A DNA stretch of 64,000 bases, taken from Candidatus Omnitrophota bacterium (GTDB lineage Bacteria > Omnitrophota > Omnitrophia > Omnitrophales > Aquincolibacteriaceae). Below, in pieces: positions 30,901-39,036 of this stretch; position 1 is the stretch's first letter; every line of letters begins with the position of its first letter. Below the pieces are notes generated by a model. The model worked only from the letters and a program-made list of their open reading frames with translations, was not told the origin of the DNA and ran no database searches. The stretch is taken from positions 28,889 through 92,888 of the forward strand of contig JAZDJU010000072.1 in assembly GCA_043803685.1 (NCBI GenBank), written 5' to 3'. Both the position numbers and the translations under genes were made by a program.

Positions 30901-33900
30901 CAAGACGGGGTTCCTTACGGCTGGTATCAATTTCGTTATAACAGTTTAAGTGGACCCACCCTTGGGATGGTTGCCGGGAATTATACGCAGCCGGTCAGCC
31001 TTGGGGCCTATGATTTTATCCAGGTGACGCTTGAGCAGGATCCGGGCATGACGTGGAACCAGGATTTTAATTTTGTTTTGAAAACTCCGACCCGGCAGAC
31101 CTTGTATACATTTGAACTCAATAACGCGCCGAACCAGTATCAATCCTTTGGGTTTTCATTGGCGGGGAAGTCCGGGAGCGAAGGGGAGATCACGCTCGAA
31201 GTGGTCCGCGAAGCTGGCGGCGTCGGGAAGACCGGGCAGGTTAACATTAAGGATATTTCCTATCTCGCGATCAAGAGCCTCGATCATCCACTTTGGGAAA
31301 ATGATGTTTCTATCAATGCTACGGAGCTCCAGGGATTGAAGATCGAGGCGGATACTTATACGGATATCGGCGTGGAAATAGCGTCACACGTCCCACTCTC
31401 TTATGACAAGCTTGTTCCGCTTTTGGATATGCCCTCTTCGGTCTCTTATTCGGACAAAGATTCGACGCATCTCGGCCAGCTCACAGGCTTCAGGCGTTTT
31501 GACGGCGCCGAAGTGAGTGTGAGCGGTTCCGATGTCACGAAAGTGGTCCTTCCCGACGGGACGGTGAATGAATATTCCCAACAAGGGAACGTCTCTCAAG
31601 GAACGATCAAGGATGGCTCCGGATCCGGCGCCGCGGTGGGCAGTCTCAATTACCACTATGGCGAGCTTCGAAAGATCACCCAATCCGACGGCAAGGTCTA
31701 TGAGCTGAGTTATGAATTCGATGCCCAGGGTGACCCGATCACGCTCATCAAAGACGATCTGACGGGGGACGTCCGCCGGTTTAAAGACGGAAAACTCATC
31801 GAATCCATATCGAGCGGCGGCGTGAGTACGACTTATGAGTACCAGAACGGAGAATTGATCGGCGCGGAGCTTTTCTATAAAAATCGGGTGCTTCAAAGTT
31901 CTAGCTATCAATTCATAGGCGATGAAACACAGGTCACGGATGCCAAGGGTACAACGTGGTATTACGATGCGAATGGGAACCTGAAGAAGCATCTCACAAA
32001 AGACGGCTATCTTTATGCCTATTCGGATTATTCCGCGACACCTCAAGATCTTCCCGAGATGCCGCAGGATTTCAAGTCGGCGAATGTTTTTAACGCGACC
32101 GATCTTCGCGCTGTGAGTCTGATCGGTTATGAGGCCAAGGACGGTATGCAGGTCAGACAAGGGGATGAAGGTCTTGTGGAAATCCTTTCTCCTGCTGGGG
32201 ACAAGGCCGTCAACGTTGTCTTGGATGATGACCGGAAGATCAAAAGCGGGCAGATCCAATTCGCAAATGGATTGATCCTCAGGATCGAGAATTATCTTCC
32301 CGTGGGAGGTCGATTGACGGATGGAATTCTGTTTTCGGCGAATTTTCCAACGGGGAATGGGAAGGTCACTCTTCTGCAGGACTCCACGGGTGCCTATACC
32401 GGTAGCATGTTCGAGAAGAACGGAACTTATTACAGCTATGATGCTTATGGTTTTCTGACGAAGATATCTTCCCCGAATGGCGAGTCCCAGCAATTCACCT
32501 ACTTTCTGGAGGCCTCCGCAAGCGACGCCTATGGCGTGTTGAATCGTCAACAGGTCGCGTTTAACGGCGTTCCTTTTCCTGAAGAAATGACAATCCAGGC
32601 GGGGAATGATCTTGTCTTGAGCGGGGTGAGCGGTGTTTTGGCGAAGCGCGAGGGCGACACCGGTTTTATTATTAGCGCGTATGATGATTCCTTGAACCAG
32701 TGGAAAGTCCTTTCCGGAAAATTCTCTTCAGACGGTGATCGCATTCTTATGAGAAACTTTCTTAAGAACCTCAAGCCCGGACAATATGTTGCTGTTGCGG
32801 TCAAAGATCCCGATTTTTCAAGAGCCGGAGAAGATATCCTGGCGCTTTTAGAGGGGATCGGATCCGGACAGGTTCGGACGGCCAGCGCCGGGAATCAAAC
32901 CTGGTGTTTGTTCGGAAATGAATATTTGAAAAAGGGCGAAGGCCGGGAACAGGCCGGAGGAAGTTCTTTCTCAACCGTCACGGAAGAAAAAATATTTTCC
33001 GTTCTCGCTGAGGGAAGCAATCCCGTTTATAACAGAATGAATATGTTTTTGTCCGTGCCGAAAACAGCGGCGGACGCCTACGCATCATTCCTGAAGGCTT
33101 ACGAGCCTAACAAACCCAAAGGGGACCTTGAGGAGATCACGGTTTACAGCAAAGAAAACCAGATCGTTTATTCTGAGAGCGTGAACGGCGTCCGTACGTT
33201 CTATGACAAAGGAAAGCCGCGCGAAACGTACACAAGTGACGGGGAGCTTCTCTATACGCACGAATACGGTTGTCCCAATGGTGGGTGCCCGGACCCGAAC
33301 GATCCCTATCTGGCAAGAGTGACGCTTGTCAAAGCCCGTCTTGATTTTGAGACGGAATCCGCGAAGGCGCATCAGCAGATCGAACAGGTCAAATTTGACG
33401 CGCTTCACCAACTTGCGGAACAAGAAGAGGTCGCTCAGGCCGGCATTAAACAGGAAGTCTCTAACAGCATTGCCGTGCTTGATGCCTATATCAGTCAGCT
33501 GCAGTCCCAGCGCTATCGGAGCGTAAAGGTCTGCAAAAGCGCCTTTTTGGGATTCGGGAAAAAGTGTCATGAAGAACAATATGATGTCCCGGGGATTGCC
33601 GGCATGATCAGCGAAGCGCAAAATCAAAAGGTGGAGCTTCTCCAGAATATCCAGCCCGGGCAGATCGCGACGATTCCCACGTTGATCGCGCAAAAAAAAC
33701 TCGAGATCGAAGCCGCGACTACTCAAAAAATGACGGATCTCGCCGCGCAGGAAGCGTCCGTTCTTCACGATATTTATGAACGGGAAACAGCGCCGGTTCT
33801 TTCCGACATTTACAGACGCTTGCTGGGCCGGGACCCTTCCAAAGAGGAGGTCTCCTCCGAGATCGCGCGATTCGGGACGATACAGGCGGTCGATCTGAAC

Positions 33901-36900
33901 CGGACCGTTACAGAGATCAAGAGCTCGAATGAATTTCAATCCAAGACCAACGACAAAGCCGCGATCATCAACCAGGTTCAGACATTCCTTAACTCGTATG
34001 TCGCAACTGCCCATGATCCGGCCGCACGTGCTGCTCTTGCGCAGTCCCTTCGGCTCGATCCCTCCGAGATCGTGGATCTCCGCCAGGAAGAGGTGACGGC
34101 GATCATCGGTTGGCTCGAGGCTCGGGATCTTCATTTCGGGCAGTCCGCATTTCTGTCACTCAAAAGCATGCTTTTCTCCCGCGGGATCGATGTGCCCATG
34201 GTGACGCTTGGGGTTGAAACCGTGCTTGTGGATATTCTCACCGGCACGATCAACAAGTTTACTGAAGGGGATCTTGTGCTTTCTGTATTTTCATTTCAAC
34301 GTGCGGCAAAAATCCACGGAGCGGACATTACCGGGGTCCGCTACGCTTTAAGCGACCTTAAGGCGCTTTATCAATCAGTCTGTGGTTTGTTGTCTGTGGA
34401 CTGTGGTCTAAGAATGATCGCGCATGTAGCGGGAAACCACTTTGTGGTGATCACGGCTGTGACGGCAGAGGGCATCACCTATTTTGAGACCAATCAAGGC
34501 CATGCCGGTGAGCTTGTTAACGGGACTTATGATCAATTCATGAAAGTTTGGGATACGGGGAACGGGACAGGGCATCTTGTGGTTTTTAAGGATCAGGCCA
34601 TTACGGCCAAGGTGATCCATGATCAAACAGCGATGAAACTCCGGGGAGCATTTTTCCCTTTGGTATGGCTTGCCTGGCTTGCGGTCGCTTCGTTTGTTCT
34701 GTCGGTGGCAAGCGTTGTCGTGTCTTATATTAGTCCGACTCTTGGCAAGATCCTGGGGTATGCGGCCATGGTGGTCGGGATCGTTGCGATCGCGGCGAGC
34801 GTTGTGAATTTCGCGGTCCAGGGATTTAGCATGGCGCTTAATTCCATTAATAGCGTCGGGTTCTTGCAGTCGGTCCAGAACGGATTTACGATGCTAGGGA
34901 ATGCGATCTGGGAAGGAGTGGCGCATGTCGGCCAGTTCCTGAAGCAAGGGTTTACGTTCCTTGCGGATGCTTTTACGGGAAATTTCAGCGGTTTGGGTGC
35001 CGGGATCACACAGATCGGCAAATTTTCGATGGACGGCGTAAAGGTCATGTTGGATTCCTCCGGCGTGCTTGTGAAACAAAACCTGACTTTCGGGCAAATG
35101 GTGGGCCGGAGCATGATCTCTGCAGCGATCAATATCCCGGTGTCCAAAGGACTTGAAGGCCTCGGCATCGATCCCAGAATGGCTCGGCTTGCCGGCGCGT
35201 TCGTCTCGGGGGGAGTGGTCGGGCTCGGTGGAGGCGCGACGGGATTTCTTCAGTCAGGGGTGCAGGCGTATCTGCTCCAAGGGGTTTCCGAGATAGGACT
35301 CAAGCTGGATCTGCCTCCGCCAATTACCGCGGCATTGTCCCTTGCGGTCAACGCGTCTCTGACCGGTCTTTTTAGCTCCAATTTCGTTCTTAAAGAAGCG
35401 CTTCCTCAGATCTTCCCCCAATTTACTCAGCAGCTGACCCTTGGCGGCATCGAACTCCTCGGCTGCTCCCTCGCTCTCGATCCCCGCATTACGCAGTTGA
35501 TCGGTTTAACGACCGCCGCAGCCGTGGGAGGCGTCACAAGAGATCTTTTGAATCCGAATGGCATGACGTCTTTGTGGCAGTCCATTCAAAACGCCGTGTT
35601 AAGCCGGGAAGTGGCGGGGGGGATCGTTTCGATAGGGGCTGGATTTGTGGTCCATGAGTTGGGATTGGATCAATCGTTGCTTGGATCCTTGTCGAGTCGT
35701 CTTGTGGCTGGAGCGTTTAGTGATTTTCTGGCCTCGCCGAAGAATTTCAGTCTCGCCGCCAGCATCATCAAGTCGACGGACGAATCTTTTAGTGAGTTTT
35801 TCGATCCTGCATTACTGCCACAGCTTTTGACCGCCGTGATGGATCATGGTCTGGCGGATGGGATCGAACAATATGCCACCATGCTTTTTACCCGGGAAAC
35901 TATTAACGAATTTACGTCCGCAGGAATGTCGATCGGCCAATGGATCCAAAACAGCATGTCTAATGCGGAAGACGTTGTTTACAACGGACAGTCCCTGAAA
36001 CGTTTGCGTCTTCTTCAGAACGGGAAAGCGATTAATTTCTTTTATGTTCCCAAGAACGACAAACTGGAACTTTCAATGATCTATGAGGAATATGCCAACG
36101 GCCGTCGGCCAAGACTCATAGAATTTGTTACCGATGAGCAGGGCAGGATTACGGAAGCTTATGTGGAGGAGCAGGCTGTGGATGGGACGATCCATCGCGA
36201 CAAACTTGATGCGAATGGGATGATTAAAGAAGTGACATTTCGAGATTGGAATGAGGAAACCTACGCGAAGCTCTCGTTTAATAGCGCCGGCGGTCTCGAG
36301 TTCACCAATTACACGCTGGGTATTACGGATCATCTTTCCGAAAAAGGTGATTTTACGTTTAATTTTACCGCGGCACCGGATTTTCATGATTTTGATCAGC
36401 TGCTTTTCAATTACGATACGAATCTGACGCCGGAACAAAAAAGCAGCCTGGCAATGTTTACCTATGGGAACGGTTTCTGGAACCAGCACGTAGCACCCGA
36501 TGCGACTTCGCCGGTTATGGCGAATTTTATGGGTAAGATGGCTCAGGATCAGGCCATGACGGGACACCCGGGGATCGTGTTGTTCGATCAAAACGGGAAT
36601 ATCGCGTTGGATTCCTATGGGAATGTTCTGACCACAGCATCGTTACCAATAGGACTTTACAAGGAAACCGGACTGGTGGGGAATATCCTGAATTGGGCGG
36701 CCAATACTTGGCTTGGTGCCACTTTCATGCGGGACTCCATTGAGGCGCAATATAGGAACTATTTCGATCTTATTAAATTGAATCAAAACAGATTCGGCTT
36801 AGATCCGAATATTCCATTCGTCCATTTCGCTCACTCGGGAGACTTTCAGCCATTGATCCAGGCGCTTGAGCATATGCCAGACCCATATCGCGAAAAGATC

Positions 36901-37329
36901 ACAACGGTCGTCGCTTACGGAACTCCCTACATTGGAGATGGGATTATCAATGATCCATTTCTCAAAACATTGATCCGCGTTAAGGGAGAATATGATGCTG
37001 TCCCGTTCCAGGAACTCGGTCAAAAATTTCAAATTGAAGACGCGAATGGTAATGTGCGGCCCGTTGAAAACCAGTACAATATTGAGATCTTAAAGGCCGG
37101 GCATAGCGATTTTAGTTGCGCTTCCGGGCCGAGTGGCAATGCGTGCTCTGATTTCGTTAATCAACAGACTAGCATGTTTATGAGGGATTTAAATTTAGCG
37201 GCTAATGATAAAGCGGACCTAGAGTATTTATTAACCTCCAATTTAATTCCTGGTGTGCGCTACGACTCGGTTAATAAGCTGGTAATAGTGAATCCCAACG
37301 AATATGTATCTCCAAATGGTGCCCGATGA
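21964..37329 (+). CDS. Giant (5121 aa) secreted multidomain protein, polymorphic-toxin-like
   Basis: Uninterrupted 15.4-kb ORF with signal peptide, internal repeats and several recognisable enzymatic motifs (see findings). Confidence 0.92.
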   Translation: MNFNCSCPHKFTALFVAFVFGWNQILWAGEILPKDYVVPSTQLFATTPVTGTIQAITTPPVKTFTTTDFLSNEQGPLSPSTPAANDITHYDYERYDFQDALDLLRPEFSTAVIVKKITVEDLRKLAELPFETGVIVLHGEIVLFTSGGKSELGILSAASQLIKKATFVSHTHTGGSLVTGPSEFDLAHAGDQEYVITEEGVYAYDRTGLLNNGDVCSYGTYIEKLNWAVKNAMPEKDQVEARKDLNAFIADQDLYNASSDRKVFRSAEPPAVSGTTYSASAITALSSTPLASASLKTTLPGQSANGTNNFVQYDSTKFSFEYSLPVEPETVIDADSENDDFAVGQISWGYFNSSNVFVGSGANVGSPLVMALRADHVMRAKVEVVDTTGAKAQFWADLSTGYQNFSFDVSGLNESSIASVTVVSDVAHGGTSGKIYVITNGLSYTPVVAGTTYSASAITTLPWAPAATSSLGTTSAGQSANGTNNFVQYDSTKYSFQYSLPVEPETVIDADSENDDFAVGQISWGYFDSSNVFQGTAGNVGSPLLMALRADHVMRVKVEVVDTTGAKSQFWADLSTGYQNYSFDISALNESSIASVSVVSDVEHGGTAGKIYVITNALSYTPVVAGTVYNLANISRFFASPVVGSSHGTTVASDTATVTATQTSSTMFNVNSQVNVAGEYTTSTIGWGSFNSSNVFVGTGETLANTVMFALNGTAGKKLKVEFVNTSGVKKSFWVTPATTHQNYAFDITGLGTVGMINFVSSEVGTTAYTVETKGLAFTPPVQYFYDSAGNLIQKIVSTYYDNKKPATVDDYRYSNGLQTFLYQTTYDSAGLKTSYKSTTYHTDGKTVKIFTAYFFSAGVKTGYNQATFSAAGVKTQDSAVTYYPNGTTVKTSESRPFVNGVPTNYYQIQYDSSGLMIGSSSTAYYPDGRTVKSSQEDYYEVGVRTSKKSSSYTISGVKTQDWNVTYDSNGTTVKTIDDIRYGNNLRTYLYQTVNDFAGVKTHYIMTTYHPDGQTAKVVKDEYYAGAVRAGYNQATYSTTGVKTQDSAVTYYPNGTTMKTSESRPFVNGVPTNYYQIQYDPAGLKTGSTSTAYYSDGKTVKSFQEDFYENGVRTRKYCTDYNTAGLRTHLLIQVYYTDGKTKTSDDYDYTGSRLIKRILKEYSSAGIETSSLTENYPPQILTNTSGYAVRYTADGNSYEETISLTEGLNAVQKTVNGYNGTPVLIEWKITLDTVPPEILFTSPSVTNQKNYTLTYTADGIAKTKVFADLEEGVNALSIAEVDPSGNQTIANWNVTVDTIAPIGAITINGGALYTSSKEVALDLSGADTGSGVNQMRFTIDSGTTWTAWESFAATKGLTLAGADGDKVIQYQLRDQVGNLSQVYSDSIALKTIPVIQFTSATAVTNSEYLLTYTVNGTAQSERWQLSAGVNPILVRVPGDFSTFVRLDVTLNQPDMTLPAMPVLPTLPEGLISVTAQNGLIIKYDGSTIVSVENPGEYQLYLPQFDVNGTLTDGVFQFSNGDKLLYQNSKPVLKITSSGEKTLYGSTGIVNSVIEPDGSRIWFSYRVDDQGQVLSVLSRDASATSLYEGGIPSRILMQDGSDIRYEDGLLSSYRDATGNLYQYQIVELRSSGTITGYRSILSDVTPAGSASPIPFSAISADLSQYPAIQSTLGNKISTEIDYDANSKMTKFISGKGEVLTLHNQLPEYLTDSSGNLKLFESTVNSAGTLSSVALTQNSVPSQVFDASGNIRSIALSDGTVFQVTDHKLGAVTLSDGSVLTDLRWNASTQIMTDYVRTYTDGTKSIYANSHMVRKEEPNGNITSYIDLNGVDQPDLMTTADGRTYHFITFQNAQGLWDRKTELVKMTLSDGSRVEFENGKPVRYIKSEQVQLDPLSVPMLSSDRSYVASVILSNAELRSLTIDSAGTILSGEILFNDGTQYFIENGALVKQITADGKIVEVETTVPLSFEKSMPVKPEPLTPAEVDYRNELIDAQFRYFTDPLGIDADSGMPVDHYLSDTHQQSSYSQATLVGFWAEILATIARGDYAPSSLGRAQAFQKLESLLAELQKVQSQAGWNGMFSFFGISKQTQPVYDQSGNQTGTKLVVSYSRQFDNIGIGDNLNLSVSLASVVGALSGITLEDPTLSSQRDAIVTRIHSILSLQDAGYAKFYDTSANQFYSVRKFDSNGDSAFDSGHMDRVFNEFLPGLVWLAARNPSYKPALDNLDVTIRPYTTRDGTRIENAVPFDGGAFQMFWPLMHVDETKYPEFNVALSNFLYSQAEFVSQNGIPGLLSAGDDPGNGYNGKIGLTSASETDDPLSTSVGSLYGTAGAFLLAPHYTLQFLKNIEAKFPGVRTNSGLVDSIALRNGQAVYSKQAFGVDQASFILSLLGTSQNYFTQYLRQKGLEDQFDALYKGMSFNLAPAIAQNPPPPNFDLSTPALYSGIHQQPDGLANALTKRSSFIPMIVDPELGEGRIYDYLDPEGNFHHTEIEFGTGRDLKKMPLAQYLLLPGRGDMSRLLFSAVSLDLLNEATTQGAFYTPSYGYANSSLATDPIGEVRHIDFNLQRISSPVGLYATYNNRDLSQYDYISVPVRLGSNAPEGVSLKFEFAGMGEVFVTGALTRDWQYVQIPVSKPAGLLQKIAVVIQSPDGKAVSGDVYLGPLSAFKVRTSNQMDWQAMLGKSDSEIRSFLKSKISRQSTGGGVMEADEVLEDFKLDSDGKLVDGVLKRADGSIQYFRNGQLMKWVFRNGRTVLFEKGLATFILDLAQGKLQEGRFYYDSTFRGEIQSFVMQDNDSKKIYGSDGKLQTVVKNGWITHFKDGKIDSIALSESTLTRLVFAEDQSLLRAHVKMNDGREFDIDQGGEQAVVRPNGAKVYYKGSRIVGIETSQNGRTDFTYATNSSGQLTGVTASFHETVMDSLGHSSIALRTMSLFEYLLRPERSLEKQEILREPPQQILPIANIAGFSVGYLPSGEITNGQKFYQDGVPYGWYQFRYNSLSGPTLGMVAGNYTQPVSLGAYDFIQVTLEQDPGMTWNQDFNFVLKTPTRQTLYTFELNNAPNQYQSFGFSLAGKSGSEGEITLEVVREAGGVGKTGQVNIKDISYLAIKSLDHPLWENDVSINATELQGLKIEADTYTDIGVEIASHVPLSYDKLVPLLDMPSSVSYSDKDSTHLGQLTGFRRFDGAEVSVSGSDVTKVVLPDGTVNEYSQQGNVSQGTIKDGSGSGAAVGSLNYHYGELRKITQSDGKVYELSYEFDAQGDPITLIKDDLTGDVRRFKDGKLIESISSGGVSTTYEYQNGELIGAELFYKNRVLQSSSYQFIGDETQVTDAKGTTWYYDANGNLKKHLTKDGYLYAYSDYSATPQDLPEMPQDFKSANVFNATDLRAVSLIGYEAKDGMQVRQGDEGLVEILSPAGDKAVNVVLDDDRKIKSGQIQFANGLILRIENYLPVGGRLTDGILFSANFPTGNGKVTLLQDSTGAYTGSMFEKNGTYYSYDAYGFLTKISSPNGESQQFTYFLEASASDAYGVLNRQQVAFNGVPFPEEMTIQAGNDLVLSGVSGVLAKREGDTGFIISAYDDSLNQWKVLSGKFSSDGDRILMRNFLKNLKPGQYVAVAVKDPDFSRAGEDILALLEGIGSGQVRTASAGNQTWCLFGNEYLKKGEGREQAGGSSFSTVTEEKIFSVLAEGSNPVYNRMNMFLSVPKTAADAYASFLKAYEPNKPKGDLEEITVYSKENQIVYSESVNGVRTFYDKGKPRETYTSDGELLYTHEYGCPNGGCPDPNDPYLARVTLVKARLDFETESAKAHQQIEQVKFDALHQLAEQEEVAQAGIKQEVSNSIAVLDAYISQLQSQRYRSVKVCKSAFLGFGKKCHEEQYDVPGIAGMISEAQNQKVELLQNIQPGQIATIPTLIAQKKLEIEAATTQKMTDLAAQEASVLHDIYERETAPVLSDIYRRLLGRDPSKEEVSSEIARFGTIQAVDLNRTVTEIKSSNEFQSKTNDKAAIINQVQTFLNSYVATAHDPAARAALAQSLRLDPSEIVDLRQEEVTAIIGWLEARDLHFGQSAFLSLKSMLFSRGIDVPMVTLGVETVLVDILTGTINKFTEGDLVLSVFSFQRAAKIHGADITGVRYALSDLKALYQSVCGLLSVDCGLRMIAHVAGNHFVVITAVTAEGITYFETNQGHAGELVNGTYDQFMKVWDTGNGTGHLVVFKDQAITAKVIHDQTAMKLRGAFFPLVWLAWLAVASFVLSVASVVVSYISPTLGKILGYAAMVVGIVAIAASVVNFAVQGFSMALNSINSVGFLQSVQNGFTMLGNAIWEGVAHVGQFLKQGFTFLADAFTGNFSGLGAGITQIGKFSMDGVKVMLDSSGVLVKQNLTFGQMVGRSMISAAINIPVSKGLEGLGIDPRMARLAGAFVSGGVVGLGGGATGFLQSGVQAYLLQGVSEIGLKLDLPPPITAALSLAVNASLTGLFSSNFVLKEALPQIFPQFTQQLTLGGIELLGCSLALDPRITQLIGLTTAAAVGGVTRDLLNPNGMTSLWQSIQNAVLSREVAGGIVSIGAGFVVHELGLDQSLLGSLSSRLVAGAFSDFLASPKNFSLAASIIKSTDESFSEFFDPALLPQLLTAVMDHGLADGIEQYATMLFTRETINEFTSAGMSIGQWIQNSMSNAEDVVYNGQSLKRLRLLQNGKAINFFYVPKNDKLELSMIYEEYANGRRPRLIEFVTDEQGRITEAYVEEQAVDGTIHRDKLDANGMIKEVTFRDWNEETYAKLSFNSAGGLEFTNYTLGITDHLSEKGDFTFNFTAAPDFHDFDQLLFNYDTNLTPEQKSSLAMFTYGNGFWNQHVAPDATSPVMANFMGKMAQDQAMTGHPGIVLFDQNGNIALDSYGNVLTTASLPIGLYKETGLVGNILNWAANTWLGATFMRDSIEAQYRNYFDLIKLNQNRFGLDPNIPFVHFAHSGDFQPLIQALEHMPDPYREKITTVVAYGTPYIGDGIINDPFLKTLIRVKGEYDAVPFQELGQKFQIEDANGNVRPVENQYNIEILKAGHSDFSCASGPSGNACSDFVNQQTSMFMRDLNLAANDKADLEYLLTSNLIPGVRYDSVNKLVIVNPNEYVSPNGAR
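22780..24305 (+). repeat. Internal tandem ~176-aa beta-rich repeats of the giant gene (two close copies, one diverged)
   Basis: GTTYSASAIT...GQSANGTNNFVQYDSTK...VEPETVIDADSENDDFAVGQISWGYF...SYTPVVAGT repeated with long stretches of DNA identity. Confidence 0.85.
24390..25320 (+). repeat. Duplicated YD/MORN-like repeat block in the giant gene
   Basis: KTQDSAVTYYPNGTT(V/M)KTSESRPFVNGVPTNYYQIQYD occurs twice, within many TYY.DGKT units. Confidence 0.8.
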
Positions 37330-38183
37330 ATAAACCTCTTTTTTTATTATTTATGATATTTATTGTTTGTCCTCATTTAGGATCAGCTGATTCCGGGGCA
37401 TCAAAAACTCAACCCAATCAATATCAGAAAGCTGTAAATGCTCAATCTCAGTATCATGCTTTGCGTACGCAGGGCAATCGATTGCTTAACGAAGGTAGAT
37501 ATCCCGAATCTCTTATCTGTCATGAAAAAGCATTTAAAATGGCGGAAGGAACAAGCCTAGAGGCTGTTTCAAGAAACAAGTTAATGATTTTATATGAGAA
37601 GCTTGGTAGTTATTCGAAAGCTTTAGGGCAATGCCAGTGGTTTCTAACTCGATCTAATGGAGATTCTCCGCTTTGGGATGATTGGGTGAAAACTAAGCAA
37701 CGTCTTCTGCGAAAAATTGAGGCGCAGAAGCGTGGGGAGAAGATAGCAGAGCCTAAGCCTGCGTCTTCAGGGACTAAGGCGATTCGCAATGTTGTTGATT
37801 TTGAAACCGCGTCTTATGCTGATCAAAAAGAATATCTTGAGAAGAAATTCCCCGAGAATACGGAGATTTTAAAACTTTCAAAACAGGCATTATTAGCCGA
37901 ACATGCAGGCAAATTCGCTGAAGCCAAAGAGTACTATGAGCAATTATTGTCACGCAAAGAGGATGTGACCGCTACTCAGGGAGAGGGCGCTTGGCCCATG
38001 CTTCATTGCGCTGTTCAGCGCACCTCGGAATTGACCGGCGATGAGGCTCGTGAGAAAGAAATGCTTGGCTGGATTAAAGCGAATATGCTCGATCCTCAAG
38101 GCCAGTTTCATCAATCTCTTTCCAATCTTATGCTTGACGTGATCGATCATCTGAATAAACAGATCAAGAAATACCAGCTTTAG
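37326..38183 (+). CDS. Exported TPR-like protein, probable immunity or partner of the giant protein
   Basis: ATGA overlap with the giant gene; signal peptide; helical TPR-like segments (GRYPESLICHEKAF, GKFAEAKEYYEQLL); AT-richer DNA. Confidence 0.7.
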   Translation: MNKPLFLLFMIFIVCPHLGSADSGASKTQPNQYQKAVNAQSQYHALRTQGNRLLNEGRYPESLICHEKAFKMAEGTSLEAVSRNKLMILYEKLGSYSKALGQCQWFLTRSNGDSPLWDDWVKTKQRLLRKIEAQKRGEKIAEPKPASSGTKAIRNVVDFETASYADQKEYLEKKFPENTEILKLSKQALLAEHAGKFAEAKEYYEQLLSRKEDVTATQGEGAWPMLHCAVQRTSELTGDEAREKEMLGWIKANMLDPQGQFHQSLSNLMLDVIDHLNKQIKKYQL

Positions 38184-38189
38184 AACGGA

Positions 38190-38973
38190 GAAAGGGGTCA
38201 CACCTATTTATTTGCGGATCATACTGTCTCTGAAAAATTCTGATGGAAAGGAGGTTGGGTCATTCAAACTGATCGATGCCAAGAAAACGACGATTCATCC
38301 TTCCCAACATTCCTCATCACGCTATTCAGCGTGGAAATAATCGCCAAGATGTTTATTTTGATCAAGAGGACCGGGACTATTATTTTCGATTTCTTCACCT
38401 CGAAAGTTCCCGGAATCGGGTCCGAATTGGTGCTTATTGTTTAATGACGAATCATATTCATCTGCTTTTATATCCTGAGGATGCAACGGGGCTGGTCAGG
38501 ATGATGAAAAGCGTTTCGCAGAATTACACGCAATATGCTAATAAGAAATACCACCGCAGCGGAAAGCTTTGGGAAAACCGCTATAAGCTACATCTCGTGG
38601 ATCCTGACCGCCAGTGGTGGTTGGCGCGGTATATTGAGAAAAATCCATTGCGTGCCAGGATGGTCGAACAAGCTGAACATTATCCTTATTCCAGCGCAAG
38701 AGGGCATTTACTGGGGGAAGAGGATAAGATTTTAAGCTATGATATTCTCGGTGCGTTTAGGGATCGTTTCCGGAAGTTTTTTGAAGAAATTTCGAGTGAA
38801 GAGGAAAGCGAGTTGCGCCGGTTGCGGGAAGTAATCCAACAGGAGAAGGCTTTTGGCGGGCAGGAATTTTTGGAAAAAATACAAACGATTTTCGGATTCG
38901 ACTTTGAACTTAAAGAGCGGGGAAGGCCAAAACGGAATGAGTTATCCACAAATAAATAGGTGTGACCCCTTTC
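38190..38973 (+). mobile_element. Y1/RAYT transposase element bounded by 30-bp inverted repeats
   Basis: GAAAGGGGTCACACCTATTTATTTGCGGAT (38190-38219) matches the reverse complement of 38944-38973 at 29/30. Confidence 0.8.
38276..38959 (+). CDS. REP-associated tyrosine transposase (Y1_Tnp, HUH)
   Basis: MPRK.R, HAIQRGNNRQ, AYCLMTNHIHLL, GKLWENRY, YIEKNPLRA, YPYSS, RGRP. Confidence 0.93.
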   Translation: MPRKRRFILPNIPHHAIQRGNNRQDVYFDQEDRDYYFRFLHLESSRNRVRIGAYCLMTNHIHLLLYPEDATGLVRMMKSVSQNYTQYANKKYHRSGKLWENRYKLHLVDPDRQWWLARYIEKNPLRARMVEQAEHYPYSSARGHLLGEEDKILSYDILGAFRDRFRKFFEEISSEEESELRRLREVIQQEKAFGGQEFLEKIQTIFGFDFELKERGRPKRNELSTNK

Positions 38974-39036
38974 CTCTTTCTCAGGGGAGGGTAAGTCGAT
39001 GCATTTTGATGCTCATTCATGGCAATAGGTGTGCGG

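Noticed and set aside
21964..37329. Classical RHS toxin
   Set aside because: YD-like repeats are present, but I found no RHS core DPxG cleavage motif and no PAAR or VgrG genes.
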